64,000 nt of DNA, taken from contig CAVXXK010000003.1 in NCBI GenBank assembly GCA_963765675.1, forward strand, positions 288,001 to 352,000, read 5' to 3'. Numbering within the stretch: the stretch's first letter is position 1; each line of letters begins with the position of its first letter. The notes beneath the pieces were generated by a model. The model saw only the letters and a program-made list of their open reading frames with translations, did no database searches and was not told the DNA's origin. This DNA comes from an uncultured delta proteobacterium (GTDB lineage Bacteria; Desulfobacterota; Binatia; Binatales; Binataceae). Below, piece after piece: positions 49,664-58,582 of the stretch. A program made the position numbers and the translations under genes.

Positions 49664-51616
49664 ATGCTTACGCTTGACAATGTTACCAAGGCCTTTGGCG
49701 CGCGCAGGATTCTCGACCACGTGAGCTGGTCGATGCCCGACGGCGCGCGGGTCGGGCTGGTCGGCCTCAACGGGGCCGGAAAATCCACTCTGCTGAAGAT
49801 GATCGCGGAGGTTTATCCGCCCGACTCGGGCCGGATCGCGCGGCCGCAGAAGACTCGCGTCGGATACCTGGCGCAGGACGCGCCCGAAATGGGCGGACGC
49901 ACCGTCCTGGCGGAAACTCTTTCCGCACTGGAGCGGATGCAGGCGCTCGAGCGGCGCGGGCGCGAGCTCGAACAGGTTCTCGCGCGCGAGCATTCGGGGC
50001 CGGTGCACGATTCCGCGCTCGAAGAATATGGCGAGGTGCTGCACGAGCTCGAGCAGCATGATTTCTACAGCGCCGATTCGCGCGCGACCGCGGTCCTGTT
50101 CGGGCTGGGATTTACCGAAGAGGACCTGACCCGCGACGTGGCGGAATTCTCCGGCGGAATCCGGATGCGAATCGCGCTGGCGAAGCTGCTGCTCGACGCG
50201 CCGGACTTCATGATGCTGGATGAGCCGACCAATCATCTGGATATCGAGGCGCGCAACTGGCTCGAGGATTTTCTGGCGGGCTATAGCGGCGGCATTATCC
50301 TGGTGTCGCACGACCGCTACTTCCTCGACCAGGTGACCAATCGCACCGCCGAGGTCGCGCGCGGAAAGATCACCGACTACGTCGGCAACTACTCGCGCTA
50401 CCTGGTGCAGCGCGAGGAACGCTTCGCGCTCGAAATGGCGGCGTACGAAAATCAGCGCGCCGAGATCGAGCACATGGAGCAGTTCATCAGCCGCTTCCGC
50501 TACCAGGCCAGCAAGGCGCGGCTGGTGCAGAGCAGAATCAAGCAACTCGAAAAAGTCGAGCGGCTCGAACCGCCGGTCGGCGCGGAGAAGCCGCCCGCGA
50601 TCGCCTTTCCCGCATGCGAGCGCAGCGCGCGGCGAGTCTTCGAGCTCAAGGGAGCGGTCAAGAAGTACGGCGAGCTGGCCGTCTATGACGGAATCGATCT
50701 GACGATCGAGCGCGGGCAAAAGATCGCGCTGGTCGGACCCAACGGCGCGGGTAAATCCACGATGATGAAGATCCTCGCGGGCGTCGAGGAGCTTTCGGCC
50801 GGCGAGCGTATCGTCGGCGAGAAAGCCGCGCTCGGCTACTTCGCGCAGAATCTTGCCGAATCGCTCAACTACGACAAGACCGTGTTGCGCGAGCTCAGCG
50901 ACTCCGCCGAAGCGCTGACGACGCCGCAGTTGCGCGGACTGCTCGGCGCGATGCTGTTCTCGGGCGACGACGTCGAAAAGCGGGTCGGCGTGCTCTCGGG
51001 CGGCGAGCGCGCGCGGCTTGCGCTGGCCAAAGTTCTCGCGCAGCGCAACAACTGCCTGCTGCTCGACGAGCCGACCAACAATCTCGACATTATCGCCAAG
51101 GACTCTCTGCTCGAAGCGTTGCGCCGGTTTCCGGGAACGGTGCTGCTGGTCAGCCACGACCGCTTTGTCCTGAACGAGCTCGCGACCGAAGTGATCGAGG
51201 TCGGGCAGGGACACGCGACGCGCTATCTGGGCAACTACGATCAATACCTGGAAAAGAAAGCCCAGATGGAAGCGCGCGAATCCGCCGCGGCAACTCCGGC
51301 GCCGGCGAAGAACGAGAAGTATCGCGCGGAAAATTCACCGAGCAACAATCATTCAAAGAACGATCGCGCGCACAAAGATAACCGCGAGGCCGAACGCCGG
51401 CGCGACCGCGCGCTGAAGCAGCGCAGACAGATCGAGGACGAAATCGAAAAGAAGGAAACCGAACGCGCGAAACTCGCCGAGGAAATGAACCGGCCCGATT
51501 TCTACCTCGCGCGCAAGGACGCCGACGAACTGATCGCGCGCTACGAAAAGCTCGGGCGCGAAGTTGAAAAGCTCTACGCCGATCTGGTGAAGTTCGAAGA
51601 ACCCGCGCCGCAATAA
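49664..51616 (+). CDS. ABC-F family ATPase (ribosome-associated)
   Basis: Two ABC domains (GLNGAGKST/FSGG/LDEPTNHLD; GPNGAGKST/LSGGE/LDEPTNNLD), linker, C-terminal coiled coil, no TM. Confidence 0.95.
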   Translation: MLTLDNVTKAFGARRILDHVSWSMPDGARVGLVGLNGAGKSTLLKMIAEVYPPDSGRIARPQKTRVGYLAQDAPEMGGRTVLAETLSALERMQALERRGRELEQVLAREHSGPVHDSALEEYGEVLHELEQHDFYSADSRATAVLFGLGFTEEDLTRDVAEFSGGIRMRIALAKLLLDAPDFMMLDEPTNHLDIEARNWLEDFLAGYSGGIILVSHDRYFLDQVTNRTAEVARGKITDYVGNYSRYLVQREERFALEMAAYENQRAEIEHMEQFISRFRYQASKARLVQSRIKQLEKVERLEPPVGAEKPPAIAFPACERSARRVFELKGAVKKYGELAVYDGIDLTIERGQKIALVGPNGAGKSTMMKILAGVEELSAGERIVGEKAALGYFAQNLAESLNYDKTVLRELSDSAEALTTPQLRGLLGAMLFSGDDVEKRVGVLSGGERARLALAKVLAQRNNCLLLDEPTNNLDIIAKDSLLEALRRFPGTVLLVSHDRFVLNELATEVIEVGQGHATRYLGNYDQYLEKKAQMEARESAAATPAPAKNEKYRAENSPSNNHSKNDRAHKDNREAERRRDRALKQRRQIEDEIEKKETERAKLAEEMNRPDFYLARKDADELIARYEKLGREVEKLYADLVKFEEPAPQ

Positions 51617-51639
51617 ATCGCGTCAATTGAGCTCGAACT

Positions 51640-51990
51640 TCATTGCTCGTCTGCCTCGACCAACGCACGGAGCCGGGCTAGCGCCGCGTCCCACTGATCC
51701 GAAATCTGATCCAGATATCGCTGTACTTCGGAGAGCCGCTTCGGCCGCAGCTCCCAGATGCGTTCGCGGCCGGCGCGGAAGCTGCGTGCGAGGCCAACCC
51801 CTTCGAGGGCCCGCAGATGTTTCGTGATCGCCTGGCGCGAGACCGCCGCGCCGTCCGCCAGCCGGGAGATCGATTGAGGACCGTCGCCGCATAGCCGCGT
51901 GACAATTCGCAAGCGCGTCTCGTCACCCAGCGCGGCGAAGATCGGCGCGGCCTCGGCGAGCCTCGCAGCGGCGGTATGCGCTCGTGGCAT
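51640..51990 (-). CDS. ArsR/SmtB family transcriptional regulator
   Basis: FAALGDETRLRI, SRQAITKHL and GRER motifs. Confidence 0.9.
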   Translation of the reverse strand: MPRAHTAAARLAEAAPIFAALGDETRLRIVTRLCGDGPQSISRLADGAAVSRQAITKHLRALEGVGLARSFRAGRERIWELRPKRLSEVQRYLDQISDQWDAALARLRALVEADEQ

Positions 51991-52008
51991 GGCTGATTGG
52001 CGACGCTT

Positions 52009-52497
52009 TCAGGCAGCCATCGCGAGGTACTTTTCGATCAACTGCATCTGCGCGGCCCAGCCCTGCTCGTTGCTGGCAAACGCCTTGGCGCGCCGCTCGA
52101 TCGGAATCCGATCGAACCCCGACTCGGTGACGGTCAGCATCGTACCGCCCGGCACCTCTTCGAGCTCAAACTCGACGAGCGTGGTCGGCTCTTTCGAGTA
52201 GTCGACTCCAGTCTCGACGGCGTACGGATGCCATCGGAAAGAAAAAATCCGCATTGGTTCGACACGGTCCACCGAGAAATCAAATGTCCGTCCTTCGTAA
52301 GCTGCCTGGCTCCTGGCAATTTCGGCATCCACGGTGGTCGGAACGAGCCGGCCGGTCACGCGCGTCGCCGGGGCGAAGGGACCGTCGAACTTCACGCCGA
52401 ACCAACTGCCGAACTGCCTCGCGTCGCTGATCGCGCGCCACACGCGTTCGCGCGGTGCACGCAGGATGATTTTCTTTACGATGCGATCGGAATTCAT
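52009..52497 (-). CDS. SRPBCC (AHSA1-like) domain protein
   Basis: APRERVWRAI, FSFRW, GTMLTVTESGF and GW motifs; GGAGG RBS. Confidence 0.9.
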   Translation of the reverse strand: MNSDRIVKKIILRAPRERVWRAISDARQFGSWFGVKFDGPFAPATRVTGRLVPTTVDAEIARSQAAYEGRTFDFSVDRVEPMRIFSFRWHPYAVETGVDYSKEPTTLVEFELEEVPGGTMLTVTESGFDRIPIERRAKAFASNEQGWAAQMQLIEKYLAMAA

Positions 52498-52500
52498 TGA

Positions 52501-52567
52501 TGCGCAACCTCCGAGTTGCACATAAAATATCGCCGCGGCCGCCGATATGCAACCATCCGGTTGCATA
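52501..52567. promoter_or_regulatory. Two palindromic operators (GCAAC-N6-GTTGC), probably bound by the ArsR regulator
   Basis: TATGCAACC-ATCC-GGTTGCATA (52546-52567) and TGCGCAACC-TCCG-AGTTGCACA (52501-52522, over the RBS). Confidence 0.7.
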
Positions 52568-52598
52568 CACTCCGGCGATTTGACGCTCAGCGCTCGCG

Positions 52599-53753
52599 TC
52601 AGTCGAGTCCCCTGAAATACGCGCGGACGTCGTCGGAGAGGAGCTTCGGTTCTTCCATCGCGGCGAAGTGGCCGCCGCGCGGCATCTCGGTCCAGCGCTG
52701 GACATTATATACGCGCTCCGCCCAATGCCGCGGCGGCAAGAGCAATTCGGCGGGAAACAGCGCGACGGCGGTCGGCGCCTCGATTTTGGTGCCGGGCTTG
52801 AGGCGCCACGGATGATGCCGCGCCTCGTAGTACAGCCGCGTCGACGAATTGATCGTCTGCGTGATCCAATACACCATCACGTTGGTCAGCAACTGATCCT
52901 TGCTGAAACGTGATTCGACTTCGCCTTTGCAATCGCTCCAGGTGCGGAACTTCTCGATAATCCACGCTGCCAGTCCCGCCGGTGAGTCATTCAAACCATA
53001 CGCCAAGGTCTGCGGCTTGGTGCCCTGGATCCATTGGTAACCGGTTTCGTGGGTGCGAAACTTTTCCATGTTGCCGAGAAAAACTTTTTCCTCGGGCGTG
53101 AGCTCGACCGCGCTGCGCCCTTCGGCGGGGCCAATCGCGATCATGTTGATGTGGATTCCGTAAAGGCTGCGCGCGTAAACCTCGCCGATGCGCGAGGTCA
53201 CCGCCGCGCCCCAATCACCGCCCTGCACCGCGAAGCGCTTGAACCCCAGCACCTCGGTCATCAGCTTGAAGAAGATATCCGCGATCGCCTGGATATTCAT
53301 CGCGCGGGCGCGCGGATGATCCGAAAATCCATAGCCCGGCAACGAGGGCGCGATAACCGTGAACGAATCTTTCGCGTCGCCGCCGTGCGCGGCCGGGTCG
53401 GTCAGCATCGGGATGATATCCATGAACTCGCAGATCGATCCGGGCCATCCGTGGATCAGCAGCAGCGGTTTCGGATTCGGCCCGCGCCCCGGCTCGTGGA
53501 TGAAATGGATTCCGAGCCCGTCGACGTCGGCGCGAAATTGCGCGAAGCGATTTATCCGCGCCTCGTGCGCACGCCAGTCGTAGCGCGTGCGCCAGTAGTC
53601 CACGACCTCGCGCATGTAGGCGAGGTTCGAGCCGTACTCCCATGCGGTGGCAGGAACTTCATCCGGAAAGCGCGTGCGCTCGAGCCGCGTGCGCAGATCA
53701 GCCAGCACGTCATCAGACACCGCGACCTTGAACGGTTCGACGCTATGTCCCAT
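52599..53753 (-). CDS. Epoxide hydrolase (microsomal-type, EHN domain)
   Basis: HGWPGS, PSLPGYGFS, QGGDWG, DSPAGLAAWI and GGHFAAME motifs. Confidence 0.94.
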   Translation of the reverse strand: MGHSVEPFKVAVSDDVLADLRTRLERTRFPDEVPATAWEYGSNLAYMREVVDYWRTRYDWRAHEARINRFAQFRADVDGLGIHFIHEPGRGPNPKPLLLIHGWPGSICEFMDIIPMLTDPAAHGGDAKDSFTVIAPSLPGYGFSDHPRARAMNIQAIADIFFKLMTEVLGFKRFAVQGGDWGAAVTSRIGEVYARSLYGIHINMIAIGPAEGRSAVELTPEEKVFLGNMEKFRTHETGYQWIQGTKPQTLAYGLNDSPAGLAAWIIEKFRTWSDCKGEVESRFSKDQLLTNVMVYWITQTINSSTRLYYEARHHPWRLKPGTKIEAPTAVALFPAELLLPPRHWAERVYNVQRWTEMPRGGHFAAMEEPKLLSDDVRAYFRGLD

Positions 53754-54438
53754 CAGCCTTCTCCAATGCGTACCGCGCAGTGATCAGAGCAACCCGGCGC
53801 CGTGTCAGCCAGAGTGCTACAGCGAAAAGCGCCGGGGCGTCAAGGCAGGATTGACGCGTCGAAAGGACGGAGCATCCGATCAGAAAACAGGAACGGCGCG
53901 AGAGCAAAGTGTGAGGGCTCGTGGTGCGATTTTGGGCAAGACGATGCCTTGGATTTTTGGATATCGGGCGTTTTGCGGTGGGTTCGTTTGGTATCTTTTT
54001 CGGTGGCTTAAAAAATAAACTCCTTGATTATGCTGGCGTTTTTGTCCGATTGGGTTCGTTTTCGGCGCCTTTTTGGTCATCGATTTTCGGACCACTTCGG
54101 GGCGGCTCTCGAGGGCTCGGGCAGTTAACCGGCAGGCACGCAATCAGGACAGAAAGTGGAGGCAGGACGCTTCCGCTCAAATATTTTAGCACATTGCGGC
54201 CCGGCGAAAAAGTGAACCGTGCAGCCACGAACAAATCGGGCAAAATCTCTAACGATCGTTAGGGAACGTACGTCTCATCGGAGTGGCGCTCAGCGCATCA
54301 GGGGCGACGCTTCGCGTGGGCCGACGGGCCGTCGGCCACCACTGGCAGAAGGGGCAAGAAAACTCGCGTGGGAGGAAAGCGCAGAAGAGAAGAGCGAACG
54401 CGCTGTGCGCTGCCTGTATCAAGTGATCGGCATGCAAA

Positions 54439-54531
54439 GACGGGCGCGTCGCGACGCGCCCCTACAAATCGAATGCGATCGTTCGGACAAGGCTCCCGGT
54501 TTTCGTAGGGGCGGCTCGCGAGGCGCCCGTC
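54439..54531. repeat. Inverted pair of GTAG-type REP elements (REPIN-like)
   Basis: GTAGGGGCG...CGCCCGTC on the minus strand (54439-54465) and on the plus strand (54505-54531). Confidence 0.75.
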
Positions 54532-54608
54532 TTCGGCGGGTGGCATCTGAAGGAGGTTTCGTGCGATAGGAGCGTAATCATTTTCGCTCAGGTCATGGAG
54601 GAATCACG

Positions 54609-55382
54609 ATGGCAGACGGCAGGCTCGCGGGCCGAGTAGCGGTAATCACCGGCGGAGCTTCGGGAATAGGCAAAGCAACCGCGGAGCTGTTCGCGAAGGA
54701 AGGCGCCAAGGTTGTGATCGGAGACTTGCCGACCAGTGCGGGCGCGAAAGTCGCCGAGAAGATCGGCGCGACGTTCCTCGCGATCGACGTGAGCAAATCC
54801 GAAGACGTCGAGGCACTGGTCAAGACCGCGACCGACAAGCACGGCCGTCTCGACGTGATGTTCAACAACGCGGGAATCGGGATCGGCGCGCCGTTGCTCG
54901 GGACCAGCGCCGAGGATTATCACCGCACCATCCGCATCGACCTCGACGGCGTGTACTGGGGTTTGCAGGCGGCGGGCAAGGTGATGGTGCCGGCCGGGCG
55001 CGGCGCGATCGTCAACACGGCGTCGGTTGCGGGACTGATCGGATCGAGCGGGCTCTCGGCATACAACGCAGCCAAGCACGGCGTGGTCGGACTCACGCGC
55101 AACGCGGCGCTCGAGTTCGCGCCGTTCGGGGTGCGCGTCAACTGTATCTGTCCGGGCGTGATCGAAACGCCGCTGGTGATGGACAATTTCGCGGTGGTCG
55201 AGGGCGCGCGCAAGATGCTCGACAAGATGCATCCGCTAGGCCGGATGGGCCAGCCGCAGGAAGTCGCGAAGGCCGTGTTGTTCCTGGCCTCCGACGACGC
55301 GTCGTTCATCACGGGGCACGCGCTCGCGGTGGACGGCGGGATGATGGCAGGAATCGGCGGCGGCACCGCATTCGATCCGTGA
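54609..55382 (+). CDS. SDR family oxidoreductase
   Basis: TGGASGIG, NNAG and YNAAK motifs; GGAGG RBS. Confidence 0.94.
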   Translation: MADGRLAGRVAVITGGASGIGKATAELFAKEGAKVVIGDLPTSAGAKVAEKIGATFLAIDVSKSEDVEALVKTATDKHGRLDVMFNNAGIGIGAPLLGTSAEDYHRTIRIDLDGVYWGLQAAGKVMVPAGRGAIVNTASVAGLIGSSGLSAYNAAKHGVVGLTRNAALEFAPFGVRVNCICPGVIETPLVMDNFAVVEGARKMLDKMHPLGRMGQPQEVAKAVLFLASDDASFITGHALAVDGGMMAGIGGGTAFDP

Positions 55383-55531
55383 GCTGAGCGATGCGCTCCG
55401 CGAATTCGCGAGAAAAGAGCGACCTCTCCCGACGGCTTCGCCGCCACCCTCCCCGCACGGGGAGGGAAATTCGATGCGCACGACCTTCAAATGCGATCGG
55501 CGCAGGTGCTTGGTTCCCCTTCCCGCGCCGG

Positions 55532-55736
55532 GGCTGTCTATGAACGTCGAGATCTTGTCCGTAATCCTGAACGGAGGTTGCCCCTTTCGGCGTTGCTCAG
55601 GGCAGGCTCTGTGAAGGATCTCCGCGGAGCGATTAGTGCGGAAAACCCTGGCTGATTGAACTAATCGCTTCGCGGAGATCCTTCGCCTACGGCTCAGGAT
55701 GACAACAATAGAAGGCTCGCGAGAAAATCAACAGCC
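55532..55736. repeat. Palindromic REP pair (GTCATCCTGA...GAAGGATCT type) inside a MITE-like unit
   Basis: GTAATCCTGA...GAAGGATCTCCGCG / CGCGGAGATCCTTC...TCAGGATGAC; outer GGCTGT...ACAGCC ends. Confidence 0.6.
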
Positions 55737-55779
55737 TACGCACGGGCGTTGTACTTGGAATCTCCCCGGTCTCATACGT

Positions 55780-56229
55780 TTACTTCGGAGCGAGGGCTTG
55801 TTTGACGAGGTCGCTCGCTACTTTGCCGTCGAGTTGGGGACCGAAGCGATCGCGTAATGCTTTCATCACGGCGCCCATCTGGGTTGCGCCGCCCGCGATT
55901 ATCTCGTTCACCGCGGCGCTGACTTCTTCGATCGGTAGCTCGGGCGGCAGGTAGCCCGCGAGGATCTTTGCCTCGGCCTCGTTCTGCTCGATCAGGTCGG
56001 CGCGGTTCGCCTGCTTGGCGAAGCCTAACGCCTCTTCGCGGCGGGCGCGCTCGCGTTTGACGAGCTGCACGATCTCCGCCTCGGTGGCTTCGCGACGAAC
56101 GTCCTTTTCGACCCGCGAGATTTCCGAGAGCAGGCCACGAATCGCCATCATCCGGCGCGTGTCGCGGCTCTTCATCGCGGTCTTCAAATCATCCTGGAGC
56201 TTTTGTTTCACAGTCTCAATTATGTGCAC
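55780..56229 (-). CDS. yqeY: GatB/YqeY domain protein
   Basis: DLKTAMKS, RADL..Q...E..IL..YLP, MGAVMK and DGK motifs; start approximate. Confidence 0.9.
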   Translation of the reverse strand: MHIIETVKQKLQDDLKTAMKSRDTRRMMAIRGLLSEISRVEKDVRREATEAEIVQLVKRERARREEALGFAKQANRADLIEQNEAEAKILAGYLPPELPIEEVSAAVNEIIAGGATQMGAVMKALRDRFGPQLDGKVASDLVKQALAPK

Positions 56230-56400
56230 GCTTGCGCGGTGCGATGCCAGTTAACCTCTGTCCCGCGACCCGAGCGGGTGAAACGGAGCGTCCATGGTCA
56301 ACTTCACCGCGGCGGTTCCGTCATCGAGGTTGAAACGCGCCGCTCTGACAAATCCCTTCTCTTCCAGGCCACGCCTTCGTTCCGAATGCTCGCGCGGCGG

Positions 56401-56919
56401 CTACTTCTTTGCTCCCGCGGCGGCGACGTCTTCCCACTTGGCCGGTTCCGAGGCGGTGAACTTCGTGCCTTCAACCTTGTAGTTGAAAACCAGCGCCTTT
56501 TTGTTGCCGGTCGCTCTGCCCTTTCCGGCGCCGTTTTTGGCGAGCTTGTATTCGGTGCCGGTCAACTTGGCGATTACGGTAAGGCCGCCGCCCTTGTTGG
56601 TCGGGATATAGCTAAATGTCGCGTGTTCGAGATCGATATACGGCTGCCCCGAGGTCTTCTTGTCACTCTCCTGATCGAGGAACGGATCGGAGTCGGACGC
56701 AACCGCGTCCTGCAGCGCCTTCTGCTGCGCGGAGGTCAGAGGGTTGTGCATCGACGGACCGCGCGCGACCGGCGCTGCGGCCTCGCCGCCACCGCCTCCG
56801 GTGTTCAGTTCCTTCTTGACCTCGATCGCGCCCGCTCTCACCGGAGCCAGCACCGCGCACAGCGCAATTCCCGCGATCGCAAGCTTAAGCGCCGTCAAAA
56901 CTCCTGTCCTGCAAGTCAT
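56401..56919 (-). CDS. Secreted hypothetical protein
   Basis: Signal peptide (LAIAGIALCAVLAPVRA), host-like codon usage, Lys-rich beta C-terminus. Confidence 0.7.
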   Translation of the reverse strand: MTCRTGVLTALKLAIAGIALCAVLAPVRAGAIEVKKELNTGGGGGEAAAPVARGPSMHNPLTSAQQKALQDAVASDSDPFLDQESDKKTSGQPYIDLEHATFSYIPTNKGGGLTVIAKLTGTEYKLAKNGAGKGRATGNKKALVFNYKVEGTKFTASEPAKWEDVAAAGAKK

Positions 56920-57019
56920 CGTCGTACCCCCGCTCTGAGCACGGCCCTCCACAAATGGTCCGAAAAGGTTCGGAAAGAAGATTAGCACTTGCGCGGAGAA
57001 TGCAAAGAGCCCGCTCGCG

Positions 57020-57176
57020 GAGAAAAAACACCAAGGCACCGGGCGGCCACAAAGACACGAAGACACAAAGAAGAGGCAAGGCTTCCTTCGGGAAAGCCTC
57101 GCCGCTTTTTCTTCTTAGTGTCTTCGTGTCTTAGTGGCCGCTTGGTTTTTTCTTCCTGGTGCCTTGGTGTTTCTCT
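57020..57176. repeat. Long palindromic repeat, copy 1 (CACCAAGGCACC / GACACGAAGACAC units)
   Basis: AAACACCAAGGCACC...GGTGCCTTGGTGTTT arms with central CC-TTCG-GG hairpin; abuts the tonB stop. Confidence 0.85.
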
Positions 57177-58043
57177 TCAATTCGAAGCTTCAGTAAGCGC
57201 GAAGCGGATCGGCACGATCACCCAGCTCTCGAATGCGACACCGTCGCGCCGCGCGGGAACGAAACGCCATCGCGAGCGCACCGTCTCGAGCGCCGCATCG
57301 TCGAGGTCGCGGAATCCCGAGCTCGCGATCAGTTCCACTCGCTCGACCGCACCGCTGGCCGCGATGAGAACGTGCAGCGTTACGGTGCCCTGTTCGCCCC
57401 GGCGTCGCGAACGCGAGGGATAGAGAGGAGGAGGATCGGAATCGTAGTCCGCACGGGCAACACTGATACCGCCCGTCCCGTCGCCGATACCAGAACCCAC
57501 GCCGGCGCCGCCGGTATCGCCCTTCCCGCCCGATCCGTCCGCTGACGCGGCGCGATTGGAATTCGCGGCGCCCTCTGAATGATTCGCATCGGATGGCGGC
57601 GGCGCTGCCGTGCTCGAATCTCGATGCGTTGTTTCATCGTCGGTGCGCTCGATCGAGTCCGCCTCGATTGGCCGCTCGGGCGGGGACAAGGATGCGAGCA
57701 GGCGATCCCGCCGACGCGGATGATGCTTTGGGCGCGGAGCGAGGGTTGGGCTTTTCGGGGCGGCCTCTTCGGGCGGCGAGGCTAGTCCGGGATCGAGCCG
57801 TGCGGCTATCGATCCGCCGCCATCGCCGCCGACACCGCGGGCCGCGCCCAGATCGATCACGTAGGCGAGCACCCAATGATGCCCCCGCGGCTCGACGCGT
57901 GCGGCGAGAAATACGATCGCGCAGAGAATCAGAGCATGGGCGGCGATCGATCCCGCGATTGCCGCGAGATGACGCGGCGGCAACGTGTATCCGCGCGCGT
58001 CCGTGCCGCGATTGTCGGTCGATCGATTTGATTCGTGCGCCAC
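57177..58043 (-). CDS. tonB: Energy transducer TonB
   Basis: TM with S..AH, Pro-rich linker, YPSRSRRRGEQGTV, SSGFRDLDDAAL and RWRFVPA motifs; GTG after GGGAG. Confidence 0.92.
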   Translation of the reverse strand: MAHESNRSTDNRGTDARGYTLPPRHLAAIAGSIAAHALILCAIVFLAARVEPRGHHWVLAYVIDLGAARGVGGDGGGSIAARLDPGLASPPEEAAPKSPTLAPRPKHHPRRRDRLLASLSPPERPIEADSIERTDDETTHRDSSTAAPPPSDANHSEGAANSNRAASADGSGGKGDTGGAGVGSGIGDGTGGISVARADYDSDPPPLYPSRSRRRGEQGTVTLHVLIAASGAVERVELIASSGFRDLDDAALETVRSRWRFVPARRDGVAFESWVIVPIRFALTEASN

Positions 58044-58171
58044 GATGCTCCCGACGCACCTTGCGATGAAACGTGCGTCAGGAGCGGGCGCGCCTGCCTG
58101 AAGACAACTGGGGCGCGCGGCGCCTGAAGCCTCCCTCACCCGCGAAGGTCGTAACGGCTCCGTCGATTCGT

Positions 58172-58262
58172 CCGGTAGTCTGGCTCGGCGTCGCGTGCTC
58201 GCGAGTCGCCTCACAGTTGCGGGGCAGCGCCGGTCTTCCACCGGCTTTCCCGACACGAATCA
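58172..58262 (-). promoter_or_regulatory. Cobalamin (B12) riboswitch, compact form
   Basis: GGGAAAGCCGGTGGAAGACCGGCGCTGCCCCGCAACTGT...GAGCCAGACT upstream of tonB; TTGACT-16-TAGGCT promoter just upstream. Confidence 0.9.
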
Positions 58263-58308
58263 GATGTGAGCCTACCCGCACGCGCAGCAGAGTCAAGCGC
58301 GGCAGCAG

Positions 58309-58498
58309 GAGAAGAAAACACCAAGGCACCAGGCGGCCACAAAGACGAAGAAGAAAAACCAAGCGGCCACTAAGACACGAAGACACAAAGAAGAGGCGAG
58401 GCTTTCCTTCGGGAAAGCCTCGCCGTTTTTTCTTCTTAGTGTCTTGGTGTCTTTGTGGCCGGTTGTTCTTTTTCTTTTGGTGCCTTGGTGTTTCTCTC
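58309..58498. repeat. Long palindromic repeat, copy 2
   Basis: Same arms and GGCTTTCC-TTCG-GGAAAGCC core as 57020-57176, same orientation. Confidence 0.85.
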
Positions 58499-58500
58499 AT

Positions 58501-58564
58501 TTGACATGGTGCGCTGTTCCGCGCTATGAGCTAGAATTCAGAATATGAATGATGCTTCATCATT
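58501..58564 (+). promoter_or_regulatory. Promoter and palindromic operator upstream of the TetR gene
   Basis: TTGACA at 58501-58506; AATGATG-CTT-CATCATT at 58548-58564. Confidence 0.55.
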
Positions 58565-58582
58565 GACGCCGAGGCCTTGGCG

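Noticed and set aside
53880-54569. Short ORFs in the epoxide hydrolase-SDR gap
   Set aside because: Atypical codon usage, no motifs, and overlap with repeats
57020-58498. Possible CRISPR array in the ACACGAAG/ACCAAGG repeats
   Set aside because: No regular repeat-spacer periodicity, units form long palindromes, and no cas genes are present
58073-58504. ORFs on both strands over the riboswitch and palindrome (also the 5' extension of 56401-57066)
   Set aside because: Translations of the repeat and riboswitch; low complexity
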